64,000 nucleotides of DNA, taken from positions 259,933 to 323,932 of the forward strand of contig ML996692.1 of NCBI GenBank assembly GCA_010356995.1, read 5' to 3'. Position numbers and translations under genes: made by a program. A model generated the notes under the pieces. The model had not been told where the DNA came from. It made no database searches and saw only the letters and a program-made list of their open reading frames with translations. Shown piece after piece: positions 34,672-47,135 of this stretch (positions are counted from its first letter, which is position 1; every line of letters starts with the position of its first letter). This DNA is from Trichodelitschia bisporula (lineage: Eukaryota).

Positions 34672-36928
34672 ATGACGGCAACGAGCTCGCCAGCCACGTC
34701 GTCTTCCGACGAAGGCACCTTCACCTCCATCCCCGTGCTCTCCCTCGCGCAGGCCCGCGACCCAGCCACAAAGTCCGCATTCCTAACCGCACTCCGCGAC
34801 GCCCTACTCAACATCGGCTTCCTCTACCTCTCAGACACCGGCATCCCAGACGCCCTCTTCGACCAAGTATGCACCGAAACGCTCAACTTCTTCAACGAGA
34901 CCACCCTCCCGCTAGACGAGAAACTCAAAATCGAAATGAAGAACGAAAAGAGCTTCCTAGGCTGGAGCCGGGTGCGTTAATCTTTATATCTCTTCCCTAT
35001 GTTCTATTTCCTTGGCCCCTTCGTTTTGATTTCACTTTCACTACTGTCACTACTGTCACTGTCACCCGTCCCCGCTGTCAATACGTCAACCGACTCGCGC
35101 CCCTCCCCTCACTTACTCGCGCTGCATACCCTCCCTCCCCCGCCTTACTCGCCCCCCGCCCAAGCGCCCTTGGTCCCCTCCCCTCCACCCATTGCGCAGC
35201 ATACAGTGCATAGCATGCACTCCTCAATTTCTCTCCGTGGCGAACCGGCGCGCGGATCAGCGCTGCGTTCGCCCGTTTCTGCAAAGCATGCGCAGCTCAG
35301 GGGCGGCAACACTGCCGACGCGAGGGGCGGCTAGCGCGGCGTTGACGGCGAGGCCCTTGACCGCTGTCGCGCAGGCGGGAGCTGGCGATGGCGAATGCGA
35401 TTGCGTTCTATCATATCCTTGCGGCCCACGCGGCGGGCTTGGGCCTTGTTGGGAACCTTCTTCTTGGCCGCCTCGTGGTTGATAGGCAGCGCGGTGGCGG
35501 GCTAGATTGGCGACGCTGGTGGGCCGCGCGTTGATGCTGCTGTTGGTGCGGCACGGAGTGGCCGAAGGGGGGGTTCTGGAATTTGACTTTGAGACGTGGG
35601 GGGAGAGGGGTGGGGGGTCGTTGTTGGGGTGTAAGTTGGGTTTACGGTGGCGAGATGGTTTGTAAGATTGGGGGGTGGGTTTTGTTACCGGTCGTCAGTC
35701 AGCCTTGCGTGCGATTGTCGGTATGGTGATCATGGCTGAGGAAGCGGTTTGCTTCTGGGTTCTATGCCGATGGTTACGGTCTTGCTTTTTCTGCTGTTCA
35801 GCCTTGCTCGTACCCGGCCAGCCTTGGGCCTCGTTTTCTTTGCTTTCTCTTCGATCCACTCTTTCATTTTCAGCCTTGCTATTCTCCTTCCTATCTTCCT
35901 TCGATCTCTTTCATTTCAGTCTTGCTCTCATCTCCATCTTCAGCCTCGCCTCCACCCACCCACCAGCTAACCCCCGCAGCTCAACAACGAAACCACCGCC
36001 CACCGCCCCGATTACCGCGAACAACTCGACCTCAGCACTCCACAACCTCTCCCCACCCCAACAGATCCCCTGTACTGGAACCTCAAAGGCCCAAACCAAT
36101 GGCCCTCCCCCGCGCACCTCCCCTCCTTCCGCCCCGTCCTCGAGCAGTACATGTCCCTCATGTCCTCCCTCTCCACAACCTTCACCTCCCTCATCGCCGA
36201 AGCAATCTCCCTCCCCCCCACCGCCTTCGATTCCTTCTTCGACGCAAACCAGCAACACAAACTCAAAATCGTAAAATACCCGGAAGCACCCACCTCCTCT
36301 CTTAAACCAGAAGATCGCCAAGGTGTAGGCCCGCACAAAGACTCCATGCTCACGAGTTACCTCCTCCAAGCCTCCCCCCAACTTGGCCTCCAAGCGCAAA
36401 ACCGTGCCGGCGATTGGATTGATGTACCTCCCATCCCCCGTACCCTGGTGGTAGCTATCGGCCAAGGCCTCGAGGCACTGACCGCAGGCGTATGCGCCGC
36501 AACATCGCACCGCGTGCTCTCCCCCGCCAGAGGCTCCGGTCCGCGCTACTCCGTCCCCTTCTTCCAAGGCGTGTCCTACGATGCCCAGTTCGAAGCCGTC
36601 GAAGTACCGGCCCACGTACTGCAATTAAGGGATAGGTCGAGGGCGCGGGCGGGCAAAGACGACGTTGAGTTCACGTTCGTGAAGGGGCGGTGGGGACATT
36701 TGGGGGAGGCGACGCTGTGGAATCGGGTTAAGAGTCATCCGGATGTTGGGGAGCGATGGGTGAGTACCTCTGCTGTGTGTCGTGTGGGGGCAAAGGGCTA
36801 GTTCTAATGAGCGGTGCTAGTATCCGGAGCTGTTGGCGAAGATAAGGGAGACGCAGAAGGCGGAAGCTGAGGCGGCGAGTGCTGCTGCTGCTGCGCAGCC
36901 GGCGGCGGCGGCGGTGGTGGCTGCGTAA
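34672..36928 (+). CDS. 2-oxoglutarate/Fe(II)-dependent oxygenase (DIOX_N + 2OG-FeII_Oxy, IPNS-like)
   Basis: IPVLSL..NIGFLYLSDTGI; HKD (HxD), distal H in SHRV, RYSVPFF. Exons 34672-34971, 35980-36759 and 36821-36928. Confidence 0.93.
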
Positions 36929-36934
36929 GCCTTT

Positions 36935-37165
36935 GATGGGAGCACTGGTCTAACACGTTTACAACGGCAACTGTATATCCGTAAACTGAAGAATTGAAGT
37001 AGTAAGACGAGGAGAGGAAGAAGAATCAGAGACTTCTCAGGAACTTAAATACACTATGCCAAGTTATCCTCCTTTGCTCCTTCCCTCTATTCATGCGCTC
37101 ATTACATCATGCCCCCTAGTTCGCACCTTACTGACATAAGAATACTCATTCCATGTCCGCATCAG
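36935..37165 (+). repeat. Dispersed repeat, copy C
   Basis: GATGGGAGCACTGGTCTAACAC...CTTAAATACACTATGCCAAGT...CTGACATAAGAATACTCATTCCATGTCCGCATCAGC. Confidence 0.85.
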
Positions 37166-37807
37166 CCTTCGTGAACGAAACCCTAGCAAAGGAAGGCCAG
37201 CGGGACGAGGGTTGAACCGAACATTGTTACTTTCTCGCTCGCGCGAAATCTCAGCCGTAGTATGTAAGCGGGTCTTAGTTACAAGAAAAGCCAAATGCAT
37301 CCATAACAGCGTGCGTTCATTCGCTTGCTTTCAAACGTACACATCAGAAGCAGACCAAGGACCAAAAACACCGAATGATGAAAAGGTAGTCGCGAACAAT
37401 GGGGCCAACTTCTCTTCCCAGGCGATTAGCGGGAATCAAGGCCAACGAAGTGAAAACAAGCAAAACAACTCCATTCAAAACCCATTGCAAGGAAAAGAAG
37501 ACAAAGTCTACCCACCGCATCACATCATCCCCTCATCACCCTGGTGCCCTCCCTCCGCCTTCGCCGACCCATATGCCCAAAAGGATCATGTACAAGAAAA
37601 GACCATCTTCGCTCGCCATCGACCGTAACGCATCACCATCACCATCACCGATCCACCCCTTTTCCTCAACACCCATCGCGCCATGCCACACGCCATGCCC
37701 AGAACACCGCCTCCGCCAGGAGGTAAAGCAAGGAACCTCGTCATCGCAGCCGTATTACACCGTCCCACATCCCACACCAGCGCTTCACTCCCTCTTCATC
37801 ACCGCCC

Positions 37808-38875
37808 TTAAACCCCCCCACCACCGCCCTGCATCCCAAACATCATCCCCTGCACCATCTCCCCCTCAAACCCCTGCCCCTGAAACCCTTCCGGCCCCCG
37901 CCCCGCAGACACAGGACTCGCATACCCCCCCGCACTCACCGCCGGATACATCATATGCTCGCCCGGCGGGAAGTGCATCCCATAAGGCTCGTACACGGGC
38001 GTATGCGGCACTGGAGAACTCGGGTGATCGGCTGGAGAACTAGCGGCGCTCTGGATGCCCAAAGCGTGTTGGTGGTGCAGGCCGGCGTGTTGAGCAGCGT
38101 GGTGCTGCGCGTGCCAGCGCATTGCCGGGCCCGGTGATGCGAGGCCCACTTCGCCTAGGCTGGGGGACCGGTCGGATGCGATGCTGGGCGAGTAGGCGGT
38201 TGGGCCGGGGGCGGACCATGCGTCGGCGGGCGTGAGTGGGGGAGGTGGGACGGAGCGGGGTGGGGCGGGTTGTTGGGGGGCGGGGGTTGCGAGGCGGAGG
38301 CGGCGGGGGGAGGGTGGTGGGGGAGGTGCTTCTGTGGGGATGCCTAGAGGGGTTAGTTGAGGGGTTCTGAGGGGAGGGCAAGGGGACGTACCATGGTCGT
38401 TTAGGGCCTTGAGGGCGTCGCGCAGGCGAGCGCGGAGCTGGGCGTTGTCCCGCTCTAGGTCTTCGGCGCGCTGGGCGAGGGGTGTGAGGTGGGCGATGCG
38501 GCGCTCGAGCTGCTCAATGTGGTCCTTGGTACGCTGGCGGATGGCTCGTTGAGCCTCGCGGTCGTTGGCACGCTTACGCTCGAGTTGCGCGGCAGTGAGG
38601 GTGGAGACGGAGCGGGTACCGGCGCGTGAAGGGCGACGCTTGGAGGTGGGCCCTGAGGTGGAGGATTTGGATGTCGTGCTCGAGGTTGAGGAGGCTGTGG
38701 TTGTTGTCGTGCTGATGGGGGTGAGGAGCGGCTTGGTGTGGCTCGACGGGGAGAACTTTTGCAGATACAACGGGGCGTGCGCGTGCATCGACGGGTCGGC
38801 CGACATGGCGTAGTAGGATGATGGGGATGGGGAGTAGTGGGGGAAGGACGAGGTTGGGAGTTGGACGGAAATCAT
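37808..38875 (-). CDS. bZIP transcription factor
   Basis: QLERKRANDREAQRAIRQRTKDHIEQLERRI basic region and zipper; 48-nt intron 38391-38344; start codon uncertain (38875 or 38806). Confidence 0.9.
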   Translation of the reverse strand: MISVQLPTSSFPHYSPSPSSYYAMSADPSMHAHAPLYLQKFSPSSHTKPLLTPISTTTTTASSTSSTTSKSSTSGPTSKRRPSRAGTRSVSTLTAAQLERKRANDREAQRAIRQRTKDHIEQLERRIAHLTPLAQRAEDLERDNAQLRARLRDALKALNDHGTSPCPPLRTPQLTPLGIPTEAPPPPPSPRRLRLATPAPQQPAPPRSVPPPPLTPADAWSAPGPTAYSPSIASDRSPSLGEVGLASPGPAMRWHAQHHAAQHAGLHHQHALGIQSAASSPADHPSSPVPHTPVYEPYGMHFPPGEHMMYPAVSAGGYASPVSAGRGPEGFQGQGFEGEMVQGMMFGMQGGGGGV

Positions 38876-40587
38876 GGGTGGGGTTGGAGGGAGCCTCGGA
38901 CGATGGCCCGGCGGGAATGTGGTTTGATTTTCGTTTAGGGGTGAGATGAGGTGGTTTGAAGCGGTGTTGCTATGCTGCTGATGCTGATGTTCTGGCGTTC
39001 CTTTGGCGGCCGAGAAGAGAGGTCCGTTGGTAGAGAAGAGAAGCGGGAGATTGAGCCTTTTCAGCCTCACAGTTGGAAAGATGGGGAAGCTGGTGGTTGG
39101 ATTGGATGAGTGGGGTGGGGGCCCGGTTAAAGTTTAAAGACGGGATTTAGGCTTGCGTGAGTGAGCTATGCTGAGGCGCGTTTCGAAGATCCGCAAAGTA
39201 CCCTCGGCCCTGAGCGTCATGCGCAGTTGCAAGAAAAGGCAGTCCACCCCCGGCTGTTGGACTGGTTAGCAACCCCTGGGGGAGATCACGTATCACACCT
39301 GGGAAGACGTACTGCTGAATGGGGAACCTGGAGAAAGCAGGTGCCTGGCCTGGTCTGAGCGAAGTGAGGGGTACCGTTGGAGACTTCGGGGGCGATTGTT
39401 TTGGTGGGTTCCGGTGCTCGTACTGGTGGGAGGGGGCAAGTGGGGTGATTGGGGAGGAGAAGGTGGTGTGTTAGAAGATATGGCCAGCAAAGGGATATGT
39501 CGATAGCAATACTACAACGGTAGAAGGGCAAGAGTATGTACAGAGCAGATGGCAGCAACAGAAAATATCAGGACGGGGGGCGCAAAAGGACTCGCGCAAG
39601 GCGAACCGGTGGCATAGGAAGCCTTTATTCCAGTCTGTAGATTCGTAGACCGCAACACACCCACACACCTACAGCTCGTGGAGACAAGGCGCGGCGACCG
39701 TGCATGCACAACATGGGATGTGGTGCCTGGCCTTGCTGAGCGTAGTCCGCGTTAGTCCGGGGACAGGGCCGACCTGACGACCTGGCGTTTTGGACTTTGG
39801 CTTTTTGCGTCTTGTTGCCTTCTTGTCCATGGCTTTTTGGCGATAGAAGTGGTCAAGGCTTTTGGAGGGGGGGAGAAGGTGGAGTGGTAGGCAGTGGAGA
39901 GGGACATGGGGGTAGGGAGGGTGCAGAGAAGGAGGCGTTCGGGGCCAGGGGCGGCGCAACGAAGCCCTGCAAGCCGCCCTCTAGTGAGCTTTTTACCTAC
40001 CAGGGTACATGATGGGGCAGTTGAGTGGTGGTATTTGTGGTAGATGGTCTGTGTACATGGTGGAGTAGGAGGGGGAAGGCTTCGAGGACCGGGGGGAGAC
40101 GACCAGCGACCAGGAATCCAGGGCCGACAAGGCAGGGAGTGGTCCAGTAGCGCAGTTTGTTGGCTAACGGCGCTGGGCCAGGGCCAGCGAGGAAGAGGTG
40201 AGAGGCTTGAGTGCCCCCCAGGAAGGTGTGAAGCTCGGAGCATCTCTGGCGGAGTGAGGAATGAGGAGCAAAACGCCATGCCCTAAGCTCGTCCCTAAGG
40301 TTGTTTTGACCTCCCTCTTCCTCTCGTGCCGTGCCGTTCCTATTCCTCTTACCCAACGACCTACAAGTCCAGAGCGGTGCTAACAGCGCAGTAAGAATAG
40401 GTCCATTATTGTCGTTTCTACGCCCTAGTTCTAGTGTTAGGATCGCTGGTCAGCGGGCAGATGTTCGCGCGTCAAGCCACGAGGTTGGCCATGGGTGGGA
40501 GAAGTGAGGGAGAGAGGTAGAGAGAGGATGAGCAAGGCGCGGTGTGAAGAGCTGCGGGGAAGGCGTTTCAGGATCAGCGTGGGTGTG

Positions 40588-40622
40588 GTGGAGGTGGAGG
40601 TGGAGGTGGAGGTGGAGGTGGA
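40588..40622. repeat. (GGAGGT)n microsatellite
   Basis: Seen directly in the sequence. Confidence 0.9.
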
Positions 40623-43600
40623 TGATGGTGAAGGTGGTGAGGGAGGGTGGTAATGGAGGGTGGAGGTGGGGAAGACTCTCAAGCCTGAGGGTGGGTACCA
40701 GCCAAGGTACTTCCCACCCAACTCTTTTCTCATCACACCTTGACGTCTTCCCTCACGGTTGACGTCTCTTTCTTACGCGCGCAGATCACGGAAACAAAAC
40801 CATCGCACTGACGAAGTCTCGCCCAACTGCCTAGGAAGGAAGGCTTAGAGATCGAACCACGGAGCAAAGTGCGACGACGCCTCGCCTTTTCCCCCGCGAT
40901 TGCGACTCGAGCGAACCCAAGCAAAAAGCCAAAGAAGACGCAAAAAACCTTCTTCGCGTGTTCCAGAAACCTACCATCCAGAGGCCCCCTTCCCTTCTAT
41001 CCACTCGGCTCTCCGTACGAGTGAAGACGTTATTCGACCAGTCGTTGCCTTGCGCCAAAAGGAACCTCGCACGCCCACGTCTGGGGTCGTCGCATCGCAT
41101 CGCCGGTGGCGTTTTGCGAGGGAGGCTGGCTTGTGGATGCAGAAACGGAAACACTGCGAGCCACATGGATGCAAGCCCGACTTCGTCAGGCTTTCCCTTC
41201 GTCTGCGGTACTTGTTCTTCTTCGGCTTCTTCCTTCGTCTTCTGCGTGCGCCATGTGCGTGCACCATGCTGCTCCGCGCTATCTTCTGCCGCCTCTAGCG
41301 CAGACATGACGGCGGTGGGGAGGTTAGCGGAGGACGAATTGAAGAATGATAATTAGAAGAATGGACAGAACGAAGCCGTCGAACCTGAATCACCTCCAAG
41401 CTGTCGAGCGAACGCTTCCATTGGTGCCGAGGCACATCTCCTCGTATATGACGCAGATGAGTGGCTCCGGTTCTCCACTCCGAAAGCGAGAAACATTCTC
41501 CATCCACAACGGAAATCCCAATATGCTGGACCCTCACCTCAATTCCTAATCTCTATCCGCTCCACATCGATCCACCGACCCATAATTCTTCAAGCGATAA
41601 AGTTTGCACCCCGCAGCGCGGGTCCTCTGCTCCCTCAGCCGGGAGTATCATCGGCCGCATTTCACCGTCATTGGTTAGGGGGCGATAAAATTGTGCTCAT
41701 GTCCTGAGCCAAACGCTTTTGCTCCAGCTTTGCTAGCAGCACGCGCGAACGCCCAGGTGGCATAGCGTGGGCGCCCCGCATCAGCGTGGCTGATTGCGGG
41801 CCTCCACACGCTCCCTGGCGCATGAGCTGCGTGCTGGCCCCAGCGCCCTAGCCCCGGCCCCACGCATCCACATCCCCGCCGTTCGCGTGGCCTCGACTGA
41901 CGATTGACGTTTCGCACCCACCTCGAAACATGCGCGGCACCCTGCGCTGCACGCTGAAGAAACACGCCCGAGGCAGAAGGGTCGTAGGCACGCCTGCCAT
42001 GGTTTCACGAACACTTTGGCAGCACGACGTCTCCGATATCGTTGTTCCGGCGAGCAGACGGCCAAATCGGGACGGCGTGCCTCTCGTCCTCATTCGACCT
42101 CCGGGCACTACGCGCGCGATGTGCGCCACTCACAGGCCGGCGCATTGCCTCTCGCTTCCATTCTGATCGGCGCAATTTCCCATCTGCAAGGCTGGTTTTC
42201 TCGAAGCACGCTGGAGCACCGCTAGAAGCATTGCAGAAATTCGTCTCAATGCGGCGCCCCGCCACGGGGGATGGGGAGGCGGGGAGGGGAAAGCCGCCGG
42301 CGCTTGATCAACGGAACTTTGAGAGTCAATCGCGCATCAAACTACGGAAGAACCAACGAACGGAGCGGTATGTGGAACCACGGGCGGACCGAAGATGAGA
42401 CTTCACACCCCTCCTCCCATCAAAGGCATCGCACGTTAAATCAGTTGCTGACTCTGCTAGCCTTCGACCCGCTCCGCTTCTCACAATCGATAATCCCAAG
42501 CCGGTGGGGCAACGACTGTTCCGCGGGGTTCCCGACGCTTTTGGACAGCTCGTTTCCGCTGCCTGTCCTGTCAATCCGTCTTTCAGAGGAACGGACTGCC
42601 GGTCTCCGGCACTGACAGACAGCGGCACCGTCGTCGCCATCAGCCGTCGCTCCGCCGCCATCGTCACACGTCGCGCACGTCAGATCTGCCCATCCCGCCT
42701 TGCGGAAGCGCGCATCACCATGGCATCGCGAGTCGTGTCTTGCGCAACCAGCGGCATGCCCCGTACCACAGTAGTTCTAAACCTTGCCGCGTAGAACCCC
42801 TCTCGAAGCCCTCCAGAAGCGCAATGGAAGCCCGGTAAGCGAACATGCATACGCTATCCCTATAGCCAAAAGCGTGCATCCGCATGCGGGCAAGGCTTGG
42901 CACCCCTCAGCGCAAGCTGTGGCGGCCCCGCTTCTCTTGTTCTGTATCCTACGATAGTGGAATGTACCGTATGCAGGTGCAGAGCGCGTGGTCGACAAGC
43001 CTTGCAAAGCGGCTAGGGGCATTGTGAAACGAGCTGGGCATGGGAGAGGGGACGACGGACCGGCGTGGCGTTGGGATGGCGGGGAGGGGAGGGTGGTGGA
43101 TGTGAGGGCGGGGGGCGGGGATGGGGGAGCGACGAGGGGGGTACTTCCTGTTGCTGCAGGTGAGGGTGAGAGAGGAAGTACCTTCCAAGTAGAGCAAATG
43201 CACAGTGGATATGCAAACACAGCTGGAGAAGACTCCGTCCCTATCCTTCCCCCAGCCCCACTCTCCTCCACACTCAGTCGATCCACCGTCGGGCAAGCCA
43301 GCCGGGCCTGGCACGGCACTCTTCGGCAGGGTGCAAGAACACGCCCAAGGGCCACACCACACCGTCACCCTACGTAACCGGCACGATCGCCGCGTGCATG
43401 CCCGGCATCGTCGGCGCAGCGCTCCGGCTGGCTTGCCGGGCTGGTCTCGCATTCCTTCGTAACCCGTACCGTACCCCACAGAGTGATCGCCCGCCAACAT
43501 GTTTGGAGGGTAAATATGGTACGTACCTTCCCCGCCTTTCCATCCTGCCCAAGTTTGTCCCGGCACGTGCTGCGACGTAACCGGGGACGGAGAGCAGGGA

Positions 43601-46600
43601 GAACGGTACACGGCGCAGACGCTCCCTTCCCACCAGGAGGGACCTGGTTGAGGGTACAGTGGCCTGGGGCAGAGCTGGTAGGGGCCCGGTTAAGTGCAAG
43701 CTGAGCGACGCTTACGGGTGTGTTGCCGGTTCGGCCCCTGGCGGAGCACGTGGAAGGGGCCGGGGGTGCATGGTATATCCCAGGAGCAAGCGGTGCGAGG
43801 TACACGCGAGCTTCCTTGCGGGGCAGGATGAGGAGGGGGATACGAGGTACTTGTACCATGTTCTTACCCGGAGGAGTGTAGGAATCTCACGGCGAGCCTG
43901 GTTTCGTAAACATCCGAATATTGACTGGGACGTAGTTGGGTTATTGTTCCTTCTGGGGAGGCCGTTGATGTGCAGCACCATCCCCACCTCGCTGCCGCTC
44001 GGTGGGGCGACCAGGATGGCAAACCCCGGGGCGGCAGGCGTGCCGAGGCTATTCCTTGGCGGCACCGCGAGGGGGAGGTCGATTTGCCTGCCGCACTGCA
44101 CACTTCGCCGTTGGAGTTTCGGGCCTTGAGCCTACGGCACCGCAAAATATACCACACCCGAAGCATATGTGCGGGAGATGAAGCGCGCTGGGCAGGTCGC
44201 TGGGCGTAAGAGACGACTGACAAGGCCGAGTTCGGCAGCCGGCACGCGCATAAACCCCAATTTCGTTCTTTAATTAGGACAGGCCCTGGCGGGCCTGGTG
44301 GGTCTGGGAGATCGTGGTGATCGAAATAGATTGTAATATGTGCAAGGCGGACGTAAACCGGGCGTGTGGGCGGGAGGAGCCGTATTGCGAATGTTGTGGT
44401 TACGATGGAGGTAAGGTTGCGGGACGATTTGAAAAATGAAGCATGAGACAGATGGGCTGTTATGGCGTGGAGAGAGATGCGACGGTGGAGGCGAGACGTG
44501 TGTGACGGGTGATGGAGGGGGGGTGTGGGACGGACGAGTTGCCCGATTCGGTGCTCTTGGGTCGGGGCTCTGATGTGGTGCTGAAGGCTCATGATGCGGA
44601 TTGGTAAGAAGAGAAGGGGATTGGTGAGGTGGGATGGAGGAATGCATGTCCCGAAAACGGTGGTGATGATGAGGTGGTGTTGGCGATGGGTGGTACTTGT
44701 GCGACTGTGGAGGCCGACAACATGAACAGTGGCTGGGTCACGTGCTATACAATCAGTTCATTAAGATATGCCATTCTGGCTTGATGCTACTGTAAACCGG
44801 GCGATAAGGAGTCTGTCTAAGGGTTCTAGCTGGTCCCGAGTGTGTGTTGGAGCCACAATGTGATTGTGTTGTGAGTCTGCGAGGCCATGTCATGTGACCC
44901 AGCCTTGCTGGCGTCGTGAGGGACGAGGGGATTAGGAAGACTGTGCGCTGCAGAGGACAATGGCCGATAAAGGCGGTAGGTTACAAAGTACCATTATGTG
45001 CTGTTCTGAGCCTACCGCGGACTTTGTGCCTCTGAGTCTCTTTGTCGTAGATCTCCGAGGCCAGTTCGAGGCTTCACTTTTCAGCTTGCGGATAGCAATG
45101 GGTATCTCACATCCAGATTGAAGGCCATAATATTCCAGCATAGTGAGCGGACATGAGAGCTTCGTTAGGCGCTACAGACTAACTGTCGATGCTTCAGAAA
45201 TTGGTGTCCACGGAACCTGGCCACAAGCAAACAGTGATTGTAACTCAAAAGATTGGAAGAAGACAAAACGACAAAGAGGGACACGGGGCCATCCAGAGGG
45301 AGTCTACGCCATAGTAAAATATCTCCTTCCTTTGTCTCTTAGTGCCTTCCATCGAGTGCAAACAATGCGTACCCTTTGACGAAAGGTACCAACCTCTGTA
45401 CGACTACGGTTGCCAACAACGATATGGTTGCTGGTACTTTACTTACCTTGTTGTATGTTGCATGCCACTACCACATCACAAATTCGAGTCCTGGAGGGTA
45501 TAAAATGTGCATGAAGTACCGAGAAACCAGTATCTTCCCCATCACCATCGCAGCCTCTCTCACTCGATATGTCCATACTCACTTTCCTGAGTATCAGATG
45601 AAGTCGACAGTAATGGGCAAGGTGGGATGACGCAGTCAAAGTCTACCTCCGGGATCTCCCGGAGGCAATGCTGGAAGGCGTTGCGCAGGCAAGGACCACA
45701 ATCGGCAAAGATGGTGAAAAGGACCCGCCTGTTTGCACTGGTATGCAAAATGAGTCGGCCAGTCTTATGCTCGATCATCGGAGGGACAACCGGGTTGCGC
45801 GGGAGGGCGATACTCACGCAAGGCTGAGCCTGTAGCTCAACCAAGCATTGATATCGCCCGCCCGCGCTACCCCATTCCCTCCCCGATGATCGAGCAGGAA
45901 ATTGGCAGATTTACTTTGCCTACATCTTTTCCTCTCTTCAGCTTTCTATGTCTCTCTCTCGCTCTTCTCTGGCCAGCTCCTCATGTCCACATATTTTTGT
46001 CCAGTTCCCTCATCTGTCACATACACTGGTATGTACGAAACGGCAAAACACCGACAACCAACACCTCACAGAACAGGTCTTGACCAAGCTGCGTAAGAAA
46101 GGCTGTCGAATGCGCCGGCGTATAAGACGCTAATAGGGATACAGGCTTCTATGTCGACGTATCTCGCGATATAGAAGCCGGTGTCATAATTTGCATCTTG
46201 CACTTCAGCTTCTCGACAGCCTTTCTTACGCTACTTGGTCAGGACCTGCATTGTAAGGTGTTGGTTGTTATATGCATAACACCAGTGGACGTCCTCTGCA
46301 GTCCCGAGGGAGCGCCATGCTGGGCTATCATATCCAAAACTCGGTTCAATCTTCTTCATCCAGCCCTGCGAGGCGCTTTGCGTATGCTCTTTGCTTTCCA
46401 AGCCGAACGTCTTACCTCTCGTCGGCGGCATGCGTGAAAGGACGAAGGCGTCGGGTAGCCATGTGAGGATACTTGGTAAAGTCAAACTCATCGTAAGCTC
46501 TGGCTCATCCTAGCGGAGAAAGCACGGCCAATATGGGCCAGAGCTTATGATGAGTTTGAGTTACCAAGTATCCTTACATGGCTACCGGACGTGGAGAATG

Positions 46601-47049
46601 AAGAGCCCGAGGACGGCACGAGTGCTGACGTCATTCAAGGCGCCGATGGAAGAAGCCGATTTTCTCGCAATCATCAAGTCCAGATCCGAGCAGAGATTCC
46701 CAATAACATACACAAACAAACAACTTTTGAAACCCTTGCACTTGATGTCCATCACAGGTGAAGTTAATGTAATCATGTGACTACGGATGGTATGTAACAA
46801 GCGGGTAACCGCATCGAAGGCTATCTCGACTTCTGCACAACCTCATCCCACAACATAGCAATGACTCCTCTCATCCATCCCAATTCTCCCTGATCACTAA
46901 CCACACCAGCACCTCTCACTTCTCGTCTCCCTCTCCAACAACCACCACACCCCATCACACCGCCCCCCTCCGTCATAGTCCACCACCCCAAGCCCCCGCC
47001 AAAACCACACTATCGACGGCCCCCCGCCTATCAGCCACGCCCCGCTGCA

Positions 47050-47135
47050 CCGAAGCCCAACGAAGCCATAGCGAAGCCATTCCGAAGCCCAGCGAAGGCC
47101 ATCCGAAGCCCAGCGAAGGCCATCCGAAGCCTCAC
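47050..47135. repeat. Tandem array of CGAAG(G)CC units with a ~21-bp higher-order period
   Basis: CCGAAGCCCAGCGAAGGCCAT repeated. Confidence 0.85.

Noticed and set aside
35260..35400. HDV-like ribozyme (GGCAACA...ATGGCGAATG similarity) or TPP riboswitch
   Set aside because: I could not fit the HDV P1/P2/P3/P1.1 topology, and the TPP core motifs (CTGAGA, ATACC, CTTGAT..TAAT) are absent.
45976..45992. Possible sixth copy of the dispersed repeat (CTCCTCATGTCCACAT)
   Set aside because: Only ~16 nt match and the other blocks are not recognisable.
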